This document shows, piece after piece, positions 49,487 through 58,384 of a DNA stretch of 64,000 nucleotides (positions are counted from its first letter, which is position 1; the number at the start of each line of letters is the position of its first letter). Under the pieces are notes generated by a model. That model had not been told where the DNA came from, ran no database searches, and saw only the letters and a list, made by a program, of their open reading frames with translations. The DNA comes from Bacteroidales bacterium (lineage in GTDB: Bacteria; Bacteroidota; Bacteroidia; Bacteroidales; VadinHA17), in NCBI GenBank assembly GCA_034005245.1, contig JAVEVC010000008.1:10917-74916 (forward strand), written 5' to 3'. A program made the translations under genes and the position numbers.

Positions 49487-50491
49487 ATGGAATTATTAGA
49501 TCAAATCAAACAAAATGCCAAAAAACTGAATATGCGGATTGTTCTTCCGGAGGGTTATGAAGAAAGAACATTGAAAGCCGCAGATGTTGCTTTGGAGCAG
49601 GGTCTTGCGCGGATAATTCTGATTGGGAATCCGGATGAAATAACTTCAAAGTCCTCCAGGCTCGGCCTGAAGAACCTTGAGAGAGCACAGGTGGTTGATC
49701 CTGAAAACCATGAAAAGATGGACCATTATATTGATATGATGGTCGAACTTCGGAAAAACAAAGGCATGACCAGAGAGGAGGCTTCAAAACTTATCAGGGA
49801 TCCTCTTTATCTTGGTGTCCTCATGATCAAAAATGGAGATGCAGACGGGGAAGTATCAGGCGCCGATCATGCAACAGGCGATGTCCTGAGGCCTGCTTTT
49901 CAATACGTTAAAACAGCTCCCGGAATATCGGTTGTGTCGGGGGCATTTATCATGATTCACCCTGACAGGAAATTTGGCGAGGAAGGTATACTGATTTTTG
50001 CAGATGGTGCCGTCCATCCTGATCCAACAGACAAGGAGCTTGCCGAGATAGCTGTTGCTACGGCAAAGACGGCAAGGGACATATGTGGATTTGAACCCAG
50101 AATTGCCATGCTGAGTTTCTCAACTAAGGGAAGTGCAAAGCACGCAATGGTTGATAAGATTGTTTCTGCAGTAAAAATCGCCGGTGAAATTGCTCCTGAC
50201 CTCATGATCGATGGAGAATTGCAGGCAGATGCAGCACTTGTCGAGGCAATAGGACAAAAGAAAGCTCCTGGAAGCAAGATCGCAGGGAAAGCCAATGTCC
50301 TCATCTTTCCGAATCTTGAATCGGGGAATATTGCCTATAAACTGGTGCAGCGCCTGGCTGGCGCCGAGGCTATAGGCCCTATACTTCAGGGGATGGCAGC
50401 GCCGATCAATGACCTCTCAAGAGGTTGCTCAGTTTCGGATATTGTAAGTATGATTGCCATTACGTCTAACCAGGCCGCCGGAAGGAAATAG
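49487..50491 (+). CDS. pta: Phosphate acetyltransferase (short, PTA_PTB-domain-only type)
   Basis: 334 aa with RIVLPEG, RPAFQ, ANVLIFPNLESGNIAYK and PINDLSRG blocks. Confidence 0.93.
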   Translation: MELLDQIKQNAKKLNMRIVLPEGYEERTLKAADVALEQGLARIILIGNPDEITSKSSRLGLKNLERAQVVDPENHEKMDHYIDMMVELRKNKGMTREEASKLIRDPLYLGVLMIKNGDADGEVSGADHATGDVLRPAFQYVKTAPGISVVSGAFIMIHPDRKFGEEGILIFADGAVHPDPTDKELAEIAVATAKTARDICGFEPRIAMLSFSTKGSAKHAMVDKIVSAVKIAGEIAPDLMIDGELQADAALVEAIGQKKAPGSKIAGKANVLIFPNLESGNIAYKLVQRLAGAEAIGPILQGMAAPINDLSRGCSVSDIVSMIAITSNQAAGRK

Positions 50492-50518
50492 ATTTCATAT
50501 TAATATAATACCCTTAAA

Positions 50519-51730
50519 ATGATTATTTTAGTTTTAAACTGCGGAAGCTCTTCAATAAAGTACCAGCTCTTTGACCTGAACAATGGTTATAAGATGCTTG
50601 CAAAAGGACTCCTTGAGCGTATCGGCCTTAATGACAGTATCCTGACTCACAGGCCAACCGGGAAGGATCCTTATCGCGTAATAAGCGACATTCCTGATCA
50701 TACCACAGGAATAAATCAGGTTATGAGTGTTCTGACCGATATCAGGCATGGTGTAATAACAGATGTTAGGGAAATAAAAGCTGTCGGACACAGAGTGGTC
50801 AACGGAGGTGAGCATTATAAGGAAAGCGTTCTTGTAGACAATGAGGTGAAAAAGCAGATTGAACTAAACAGCGAACTTGCTCCGTTGCACAATCCGGCAA
50901 ACCTCAAGGGAATTTTATCAGTGGAAAAACTAATTCCCGGAGTGCCGCAGGTTGCCGTTTTTGATACTTCATTCCATCAAACAATGCCAGATTACGCATA
51001 CATGTATGCTCTGCCTTATGAGTATTATGAAAAATACAAAATAAGAAAGTACGGATACCATGGAACAAGCCATAAATTCGTTGCTTCAAAAGCTGCACAT
51101 CTCATTGGCCGTGATGTGGCAAAGCTTAAGATAATCACTTGTCATCTTGGAAACGGAGCATCGATAACCGCAATTAAAAACGGCAATTCGATAGATACAT
51201 CAATGGGATTCACACCTGTTGACGGCCTGATAATGGGTACGCGAACAGGAGAGATTGATGCCGGCGTGTTGATCTATATTGCAGATAAAGAGCATTTGAA
51301 TGTTACTGGCGTTAATAACCTGATAAATAAGAAGAGCGGCGTTGCTGGTATTTCTCAACTCTCATCAGATATGCGGGATCTTGAAATCGCAGCCTCTGAG
51401 GGCAATGAAAAAGCAATTCTTGCACTTAATATGTACGCATATAAGGTAAAGAAATTCATAGGATCTTATATGGCTGCGCTTAACGGGCTTGATCTTCTCG
51501 TGTTTACCGGAGGAGTCGGAGAAAATGACTTCAAGATGAGGGCTATGATCTGCTCGGATCTCCAAAATCTCGGAATTGTATTTGATTTTGAAAAAAACAA
51601 TGGTGTAAGGGGTGAGGACAAAGTCATATCTAAACCTGAATCAAATGTCACGGTAATGTGTATTGCCACCGACGAGGAATTTGTAATTGCATCTGATACC
51701 AGAACGATTGTTGAGAAACACACTGTATAA
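50519..51730 (+). CDS. ackA: Acetate kinase
   Basis: ILVLNCGSSSIKYQLF, VGHRVVNGG, FDTSFHQTMP, YGYHGTSH, HLGNGAS and FTGGVGEN. Confidence 0.96.
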   Translation: MIILVLNCGSSSIKYQLFDLNNGYKMLAKGLLERIGLNDSILTHRPTGKDPYRVISDIPDHTTGINQVMSVLTDIRHGVITDVREIKAVGHRVVNGGEHYKESVLVDNEVKKQIELNSELAPLHNPANLKGILSVEKLIPGVPQVAVFDTSFHQTMPDYAYMYALPYEYYEKYKIRKYGYHGTSHKFVASKAAHLIGRDVAKLKIITCHLGNGASITAIKNGNSIDTSMGFTPVDGLIMGTRTGEIDAGVLIYIADKEHLNVTGVNNLINKKSGVAGISQLSSDMRDLEIAASEGNEKAILALNMYAYKVKKFIGSYMAALNGLDLLVFTGGVGENDFKMRAMICSDLQNLGIVFDFEKNNGVRGEDKVISKPESNVTVMCIATDEEFVIASDTRTIVEKHTV

Positions 51731-51736
51731 AAAGTT

Positions 51737-52645
51737 ATGTCTATGGTTCTAAAGAGCATGTCAGACCTGAAAAGCATTGTGGCTGGCAAACCTATGAGGA
51801 AGCTCGTTCTTGCGGCTGCACAGGATCAACATTCTTTGGGCGCTGTATTGAGGGCATGGAAAGACAATATTATTGAACCTGTGCTTATCGGGGATAAGGA
51901 GGAAATACAGGCAATCAGTTATGAAAATGGCTACAGCCTTGATGGCTTGAGAATTATCCATGAGTCAGACTTGCTTGCGTCGGTTGAAATGGCGGTTAAG
52001 ATGCTTAGCTCCAAACAGGCTGACATCCTTATGAAAGGCAAGGTCGGAACTTCCATACTTCTGAAATCCGTTCTTAATAAAGAATACGGATTAAGGACCG
52101 GAAACCTCCTTTCCCATATTGCGCTTTTTGAAGTTGAAACATACCATAAGCTTATCGCTGTAACTGATGTTGCAATGAATATTGCACCTAATCTTAAAGA
52201 TAAGATATCCATTGTAAATAACTCAGTATCATTTCTTCACAAACTTGGATATCAGAATCCCAAGGTTGCTGTCCTGGGCGCTGTGGAAATGGTAAACGAA
52301 AACATGGAGGCAACCCTTGATGCAGCATTGCTTTCGAAAATGAACCAGCGTGACCAGATTAGAAATTGTATCATTGACGGCCCGCTGGCTTTTGATAATG
52401 CCGTGAGCATTGAAAGTGCGAAGCACAAAGGAATAAAAAGCGAAGTTGCTGGTGACACTGACCTGCTTATTATGCCGGATATTGAAGTAGGAAATGTCTT
52501 GTACAAATCGCTGGTATTTTTTGCGAAAGCCAAGGTTGCATCAGTGATACTTGGTGCACTGGTACCCATTGTCCTGACTTCCAGGTCGGATTCAGAACAG
52601 GCAAAATATGACAGCATACTGCTGGCAGCTGCGGCTAGCAGCTGA
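51737..52645 (+). CDS. ptb: Phosphate butyryltransferase
   Basis: 302 aa, collinear with clostridial Ptb as I recall it (ADILMKG, LRTGNLLSHIALFE, KLIAVTDVAMN, NPKVAVLGAVE, DGPLAFDNA, VLTSRSDS). Confidence 0.88.
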   Translation: MSMVLKSMSDLKSIVAGKPMRKLVLAAAQDQHSLGAVLRAWKDNIIEPVLIGDKEEIQAISYENGYSLDGLRIIHESDLLASVEMAVKMLSSKQADILMKGKVGTSILLKSVLNKEYGLRTGNLLSHIALFEVETYHKLIAVTDVAMNIAPNLKDKISIVNNSVSFLHKLGYQNPKVAVLGAVEMVNENMEATLDAALLSKMNQRDQIRNCIIDGPLAFDNAVSIESAKHKGIKSEVAGDTDLLIMPDIEVGNVLYKSLVFFAKAKVASVILGALVPIVLTSRSDSEQAKYDSILLAAAASS

Positions 52646-52654
52646 AAACAGAAT

Positions 52655-53557
52655 ATGATCAGATCACTTGACGAGATGGTTGAACAGGTGTTGCTGCTTA
52701 AGCGGCTGCACCGTGTTGCAATTGCCTGGGCCCACGATGGCAATACAGCTTCTGCAATAACCAGAGCTGCAATAGCTGGCATGGTTGTTCCTGTCATGAT
52801 AGGCAATCCTGTTATAATAAAAAAAACATTTGCTTCTTCCGGCTTCAATGAACAAGACCTCAATATAATTGAAGCAGACGACGAAGTTGCAGCTTCGGAA
52901 AAAGCTGTAAGTATGGCAGCAAACGGAGAAGTAGATATTGTGATGAAAGGCCTGGCAGGAACTGATAAATTCCTCAGAGCGGTAATGAACAGGGATCATG
53001 GGATTATGAATCATGGTGCTGTCCTGACATATATTTGTGCAATGGAATTGCCAGCCTATCATAAGCTTCTGTTTATTACTGATCCGGCAGTGATCCCGTT
53101 TCCCGATCTTGACCAAAAGCTGGCAATGGTCAGATATGCGCTTCAAATGACCGAAAGGTTTGGAATTGTAAAGCCAAAGATCGCACTTATAGGGCCTGCC
53201 GAGAAAGTCAGCCGGCATTTCCCTAGTTCAGCCGATTATGCAGTAATGTGTAAAATGGCTGACCGGAACCAATTGGGCAACTGCATAATGGATGGCCCGC
53301 TGGATATATTTCTTGCATGCGACAGGAACAGCGTGGCAGTGAAGAAGGTACCTACACCTGTTAACGGAGAGGCCGATATACTACTGTTTCCCTCGCTTGA
53401 GGCATGCAATCCTTTTTATAAGGGGCTGACACTATTTGCCCGGGGGGAAATAGCCGGAATCCTTCAGGGAACAATCAAACCGGTCGTAATGATGTCAAGA
53501 AGTGAAAGCGAAAAGTCGAAATTCTATTGCCTTGCCTTAGCCTGCTTGATGGCATAA
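52655..53557 (+). CDS. Phosphate acyltransferase, second diverged Ptb-family paralog
   Basis: 300 aa with the same block order as the upstream ptb (VDIVMKG, YHKLLFITD, KPKIALIGPAE, DGPLD, MMSRSES), but diverged in most positions. Confidence 0.8.
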   Translation: MIRSLDEMVEQVLLLKRLHRVAIAWAHDGNTASAITRAAIAGMVVPVMIGNPVIIKKTFASSGFNEQDLNIIEADDEVAASEKAVSMAANGEVDIVMKGLAGTDKFLRAVMNRDHGIMNHGAVLTYICAMELPAYHKLLFITDPAVIPFPDLDQKLAMVRYALQMTERFGIVKPKIALIGPAEKVSRHFPSSADYAVMCKMADRNQLGNCIMDGPLDIFLACDRNSVAVKKVPTPVNGEADILLFPSLEACNPFYKGLTLFARGEIAGILQGTIKPVVMMSRSESEKSKFYCLALACLMA

Positions 53558-53600
53558 CAATCTTAATATAAAGACTGTATTATATATATTTGAAGTAAAG

Positions 53601-54671
53601 ATGAAGCAATTGATACTGGTTATTAATCCGGGGTCAACATCAACCAAAATTGCTCTCTTTGAAGAAGAGAATCCTGTTTTTGAAACGACTTTGCGTCACT
53701 CATCGGAAGAACTATCTGTTTATAATAGAGTATCCGACCAGTTTCATTTCAGGAGAGACCTTATCTTAAATGAAATGACAAGGCAGAATACTGATGTTAA
53801 GAGAATTGCAGTCGTTGTCGGCAGGGGAGGCCTGATTCATCCGATAGAGTCAGGGATCTACAGGGTAAACAGCAAGATGATTGATGATCTTGTCAAAGGA
53901 AGAATGGGTGAACATGCGAGTAATCTGGGCGGACTTTTGGCAGCTGATATTGCATCCTCCTTGCCTGCTGCTGAAGCATTTATTGTTGATCCTGTAGTTG
54001 TTGACGAGCTGCAACCTCTCGCTAGAATCTCGGGTCATCCAGCCATTGAACGTGTATCGATCTTTCATGCCCTGAACCAGAAGGCTGTTGCCCGTGCATA
54101 CGCATCATCGGCAGGTAGAAGGTACGAGGAAATGAATCTGATAGTTGCCCATATGGGTGGAGGTATTAGCATAGGAGCACATTGTCTGGGGAAAGTGGTT
54201 GATGTAAATAACGCACTTAACGGAGATGGTCCGTTTTCACCTGAACGTTCAGGAGGATTGCCTTCCGGACAGCTTATCGACCTTTGTTTCAGCGGCAATT
54301 TTACCAGGGAGGAACTTAAATCAATGATTACCGGAAAAGGCGGCCTGGTGGCATATCTTGGCACGAACAGCTTTGTCGACGTGTGCGGCATGGCCGATGC
54401 TGGCAATAATAGAGCCATGATTATCCGTGATGCGCTTGCATATCAGGTTGCAAAAGAGATAGGAGCAATGGCTTCTGTATTAAGAGGCAAGGTGGATGCT
54501 ATTATTCTAACGGGGGGGCTTGCCTATCAGGAATCACATGTCGGCAGGATAACCGAGATGGTTGGTTTTATATCAAAAGTGGCAGTATATCCTGGAGAGG
54601 ATGAGGTCAGCGCCCTGGCATTCAATGGATTACTTGCCCTGCAGGGAAAGATAGAGGTCAGGGATTATTGA
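53601..54671 (+). CDS. buk: Butyrate kinase
   Basis: ILVINPGSTSTKIALF, GRGG, VAHMGGGIS, SPERSGGLP and LTGGLAY blocks. Confidence 0.93.
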   Translation: MKQLILVINPGSTSTKIALFEEENPVFETTLRHSSEELSVYNRVSDQFHFRRDLILNEMTRQNTDVKRIAVVVGRGGLIHPIESGIYRVNSKMIDDLVKGRMGEHASNLGGLLAADIASSLPAAEAFIVDPVVVDELQPLARISGHPAIERVSIFHALNQKAVARAYASSAGRRYEEMNLIVAHMGGGISIGAHCLGKVVDVNNALNGDGPFSPERSGGLPSGQLIDLCFSGNFTREELKSMITGKGGLVAYLGTNSFVDVCGMADAGNNRAMIIRDALAYQVAKEIGAMASVLRGKVDAIILTGGLAYQESHVGRITEMVGFISKVAVYPGEDEVSALAFNGLLALQGKIEVRDY

Positions 54672-55353
54672 GTGCTACAGGCAGTATTTTCCCGTTAAAG
54701 AAATTTTTTCCATTCAAAGCAAAATCCGATATAAACCCGGCCATTTCCTTTGCACTGACCGATGCGTTAGCTCCAGGAAAAGCTTCCTCAAACATTTCCG
54801 TGCCGACCGATCCAAGCGCAAGGCAATTGACCCTGATTCCCAGTTCTCGCATTTCCTCGGCTAAGCATTCTGTAAGGCATGCGATTGCGGCTTTTGAGGC
54901 ACTGTAGTAAGATAATCCTCTGTATTTCGAACTTCCCTGGAAGCCACCCATGCTTGATATATTCACAATATGCGAACCCTCTTTCATCCAGGGCGTCAGT
55001 AGCCTGATAGCTGCTGCCGGGCCAAAGAAATTTGTCTCCATCATCAGTCGTGCATCATCGTCTGATGTTTTCATGAAATCCCTCACCCTGAGCGCACCGG
55101 CTATATTTATTAGAATATCAATTGCTTTGAAGTGACTCAGAACCTCGTCCCTGAACTGTATCATATGTGTATCGAAATCAGAAAGATCAACCCATGCTGA
55201 ATAAACATTGCCTAATCTGCTCGTTTTTACTAGCTCAATTAATGAATTCCGGTTTCTACCGGCAACCAGGACCTTGTTGCTAGCAGAACCCGACATCAGT
55301 ATAGCGATTTCTTTTCCGATACCCCTGGTGCCTCCTATTATCACAATATTCAT
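54658..55353 (-). CDS. Short-chain dehydrogenase/reductase (SDR)
   Basis: IIGGTRGIGKEIA (TGxxxGxG-type loop), NIAG and the YxxxK motif (YSASKAA). Its 3' end overlaps the buk 3' end by 14 bp. Confidence 0.85.
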   Translation of the reverse strand: MNIVIIGGTRGIGKEIAILMSGSASNKVLVAGRNRNSLIELVKTSRLGNVYSAWVDLSDFDTHMIQFRDEVLSHFKAIDILINIAGALRVRDFMKTSDDDARLMMETNFFGPAAAIRLLTPWMKEGSHIVNISSMGGFQGSSKYRGLSYYSASKAAIACLTECLAEEMRELGIRVNCLALGSVGTEMFEEAFPGANASVSAKEMAGFISDFALNGKNFFNGKILPVALNNP

Positions 55354-55430
55354 ATGGCAATGGAATAAAAGTGGTTGTTTTTTTGTTTATTTGTGATCGT
55401 AAAGTGTAAAATTACAAAATTGAAGCTATC

Positions 55431-56024
55431 ATGTACATGTATAGCCATTATGTTTATAAGCAGGCCATTATCAGGATAACAATATTGCTGTTAATGTTAA
55501 TTATTTTATTACCTGTATCTTATGGACAGGAAGAGGAAGAGGAGACTCCGCCATTGAGAGAGAGGTTATTCTTTGGCGGCAATTTCGGACTTCAATTTGG
55601 AACAATTACTGATATTCAATTTTCACCGGTAATCGGTCTCTGGGTTTTACCCAGACTGGGCGTGGCAGCTGGTCCGAACTTCAGGTATTACAAGGATCCA
55701 TATGACCGGACAACTATATATGGTGGCAGAACGTATCTGCAGTTTATTGTCCTTCAGGATCTTAACAATATGATTCCTCTGGGAATTCATGCAGGTCTGT
55801 TTCTTCATGCCGAATATGAAGCCCTAAACCTTGAATCGTCTGCATTCAAATTACCTCCGTATACCTCCGAAAGGTTCATGACTCATACCATACTTGCCGG
55901 CGGTGGTTTCAGTCAGCGAATAGGAAGGAGGTCATCGCTTAACATGATGTTCCTGTGGGCACTAAATGATGAAGGATACGGAATATACAGCAGTCCTGAA
56001 ATCAGAGTGGGTTTCAGTTTCTGA
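55431..56024 (+). CDS. Putative small outer-membrane beta-barrel protein
   Basis: Signal-like hydrophobic N-terminus, alternating beta-strand pattern rich in G/Y/F, and a C-terminal ...RVGFSF ending in Phe as in OMPs. Confidence 0.5.
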   Translation: MYMYSHYVYKQAIIRITILLLMLIILLPVSYGQEEEEETPPLRERLFFGGNFGLQFGTITDIQFSPVIGLWVLPRLGVAAGPNFRYYKDPYDRTTIYGGRTYLQFIVLQDLNNMIPLGIHAGLFLHAEYEALNLESSAFKLPPYTSERFMTHTILAGGGFSQRIGRRSSLNMMFLWALNDEGYGIYSSPEIRVGFSF

Positions 56025-56026
56025 TT

Positions 56027-57262
56027 TCAGATATTAAGTTCTTCCCCTTCTGATTTTGCAATTACAACAGCAGCACATGTGTCCCCGTAGACATTGATAG
56101 TAGTCCTGAACATATCAAGAATACGGTCAACTGCTAAAACAAGACCAACACCTTCAAGCGGAAGCCCCACTGCCTTAAGTACAATGACCATCATTACAAG
56201 TCCTGCCATGGGTATCCCGGCTGCACCAATTGCTGCAAGGAGAGCGGTGAAAACAACAATTAACTGCTGACCAAAACTAAGATCAATACCGTATGCCTGT
56301 GCAATGAACATTACTGCCACGCATTCATATAAAGCTGTCCCGTCCATATTTATGGTAGCACCGAGAGGAAGTGTGAAGCTGGCAATTTTATTGGAAACAC
56401 CGTCATTCTTCTCTACAGCCTCCATCGACAGTGGCAATGTGGCATTGGATGAGGAAGTTGAGAATGCAGTAAGCAGGGGAGTTACCATGTTTTTCAGGTG
56501 TTTTATCGGGTTGGCACGCCCGAGAAATTTTACCGATAAAGTAAGTGTTAACATTCCGTGTATCAACAATCCGGCTGTTACGGTCAGAAAATAGAGGCCC
56601 AGTCTGCTGAAGACTTCTCCTACATCATTTCCCGATAATATCTGCTGAGCAATAACTTTTGCGGTGATGCTGAAAATGCCCAAAGGAGTAAATTTTATTA
56701 TGAACAATGTAATTTCCATAATCACATCAAGAGCAGCGCTAAATAGATCTATCATTGTATTGCGTGCTTTAGCATTTGTCCTGGTAATAAAAAATCCAAA
56801 AAGAATTGCGAAGAAGATTACAGACAACATCTGTCCTTTCATCAAGGCTTCAAAAATATTGGTAGGAATAATCTTAATCAGAGTCTGTCCGAAACTTTCT
56901 GACGCTACTGAAATCTCTTCAACCGGAGCAACAAATCCAAGTTCTGCTCCTACTCCCGGTTTAATTATAGTTACAAGAAGCAGGCCTGTAAATAGGGCTG
57001 CAAGTGATGTCATTATATAGTAGCTGATTGTTTTCAGCCCCAGTCTCCCGAGATTTCCACTACTTCCCACACTAGCCACTCCTGTCGTAATTGAGCATAG
57101 TATCAAAGGGACGATTATCATATTCAATCCCCTGAGGAATATATCCCCGGCCCAGTTTGTATATTTTGTCTCTTCCGGTAAAAAGTATCCAAAAATACCT
57201 CCGGCGATTAAAGCTAATAGTATCTGAAAATGCAAAGGGATTGATAATTTAAATCTGGACAT
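56027..57262 (-). CDS. Dicarboxylate/amino acid:cation symporter (DAACS / GltP family)
   Basis: 411 aa with the SSSNATLP-type motif (FSTSSSNATLPL), DGTALYE and VDRILDMFRTTINVYGD. Confidence 0.92.
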   Translation of the reverse strand: MSRFKLSIPLHFQILLALIAGGIFGYFLPEETKYTNWAGDIFLRGLNMIIVPLILCSITTGVASVGSSGNLGRLGLKTISYYIMTSLAALFTGLLLVTIIKPGVGAELGFVAPVEEISVASESFGQTLIKIIPTNIFEALMKGQMLSVIFFAILFGFFITRTNAKARNTMIDLFSAALDVIMEITLFIIKFTPLGIFSITAKVIAQQILSGNDVGEVFSRLGLYFLTVTAGLLIHGMLTLTLSVKFLGRANPIKHLKNMVTPLLTAFSTSSSNATLPLSMEAVEKNDGVSNKIASFTLPLGATINMDGTALYECVAVMFIAQAYGIDLSFGQQLIVVFTALLAAIGAAGIPMAGLVMMVIVLKAVGLPLEGVGLVLAVDRILDMFRTTINVYGDTCAAVVIAKSEGEELNI

Positions 57263-57487
57263 CAGGATATGGTTATATGATGGGCAAAGAAAATTAATCC
57301 GTCTGAGAAAACCACTGAAAATCCCAATAATTTTTAATCTGAACTTCGTCAGGATTGAATATTTGCCTTGAGAGTAGGGAAGCTTCCTTTAAAAAATCTT
57401 CTCAGCGTCAAATGGCAGTCAACCTTTATCGGACCACTCATTTTAAAAGAGTTTTAAATTAAAAATCCGAAAAAACCTTGCATGACA

Positions 57488-57505
57488 GATGTAAATATTC
57501 ACATC
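57488..57505. promoter_or_regulatory. 18-bp near-palindrome GATGTAAATATTCACATC (candidate operator)
   Basis: The half-sites GATGTAAAT and GATGTGAAT (reverse complement) differ at 1 of 9 positions. It shares the 13-mer GTAAATATTCACA with the site at 57832-57852. Confidence 0.3.
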
Positions 57506-57831
57506 AGTCAACTACTATCTCGATAGATTAGTGATATTCACTTCGGTAATAATTACAGCAGTAACAATTTTAATAAATTTTCCTATATGTGTGCTATTAT
57601 ATTGTATATCAATTGGATATATATGCTTTAGTAAAGTTTTAATGAATATAATACAAGATAAGAATGCGCCAATACATTAGATTTAAGACATAATATCTTG
57701 TAAACTATTATATACCAGCAATTTATGTGTCTAAACTACAGCACTAATTCAATATATTATCATCAAAAACGCTGGTTAATCCCGACCAGATAATAAATCT
57801 GCAATTAAAGAAATCCAGTGTAAGTTACAAA

Positions 57832-57852
57832 TGTAAATATTAAATATTCACA
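57832..57852. promoter_or_regulatory. 21-bp inverted repeat TGTAAATATT-A-AATATTCACA (candidate operator near the XRE-gene promoter)
   Basis: 10-bp arms with one mismatch. It lies 21 nt upstream of the -7 box at 57873, about where a -33 element would sit. Confidence 0.35.
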
Positions 57853-57872
57853 CATGTCAATAATTAAATAAT

Positions 57873-57880
57873 TACATTTG
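57873..57880 (+). promoter_or_regulatory. -7 promoter box (TACATTTG) upstream of the XRE regulator gene
   Basis: TAnnTTTG match 19 nt upstream of the ATG at 57899. This argues against the TTG start at 57878, which overlaps the box. Confidence 0.4.
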
Positions 57881-57898
57881 TTAATTGATTTAACTGAA

Positions 57899-58333
57899 AT
57901 GAAAGAGAGAATTCAACAGTTTCTTTTAAGTGAAAACAAAACTTCCGCTCAATTAGCCGAAGAAATAGGTGTTCAGCCCTCAGGGATCTCACATATTCTT
58001 TCAGGAAGGAATAAACCAAGCCTCGATTTTGTTATAAAGATGCTTGAGCGTTATAAATACCTTTCAACTGAATGGCTTATGTTTGGCAAAGGTGAAATGT
58101 ACAAAGAACGGACCATGCCCGGGCTTTTTGATGATGTTATTCCTGCCGGGGATTCGAAGGCCGGAGCATACAAGGATAGTGAAACGGAATTGAAGAATCA
58201 TGGCTCATCCTCTCACGATGAAGATTCTATGAATATTTCTGAAAAAGAAAGAATCCCCTGTCCTGAGCTAAGGGAAATTGTTTGGTTCTATGGCGACGGA
58301 ACTTACAGGATTTTTAAAAGCAGGGAAAGCTGA
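57899..58333 (+). CDS. XRE-family helix-turn-helix transcriptional regulator
   Basis: The N-terminal HTH is KTSAQLAEEIGVQPSGISHILSGRNKPSLDFVIKMLERY, followed by WLMFGKGEMY. The C-terminal ~70 aa match no family I recognise. Confidence 0.8.
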   Translation: MKERIQQFLLSENKTSAQLAEEIGVQPSGISHILSGRNKPSLDFVIKMLERYKYLSTEWLMFGKGEMYKERTMPGLFDDVIPAGDSKAGAYKDSETELKNHGSSSHDEDSMNISEKERIPCPELREIVWFYGDGTYRIFKSRES

Positions 58334-58384
58334 GATTTTTTAATATCCGGCATTAAAAGTATCTTTGCGGAAAATCCTGGTTTA

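Noticed and set aside
52252-53218. Two long minus-strand ORFs (203 aa and 184 aa) across the ptb paralogs
   Set aside because: They are antisense shadows of genes with strong Ptb-family similarity on the plus strand. No motifs are present.
57378-57387. Perfect 10-bp palindrome GGAAGCTTCC in the AT-rich spacer
   Set aside because: It is too short, cannot form a hairpin with a viable loop, and has no second copy. It is most likely a chance palindrome.
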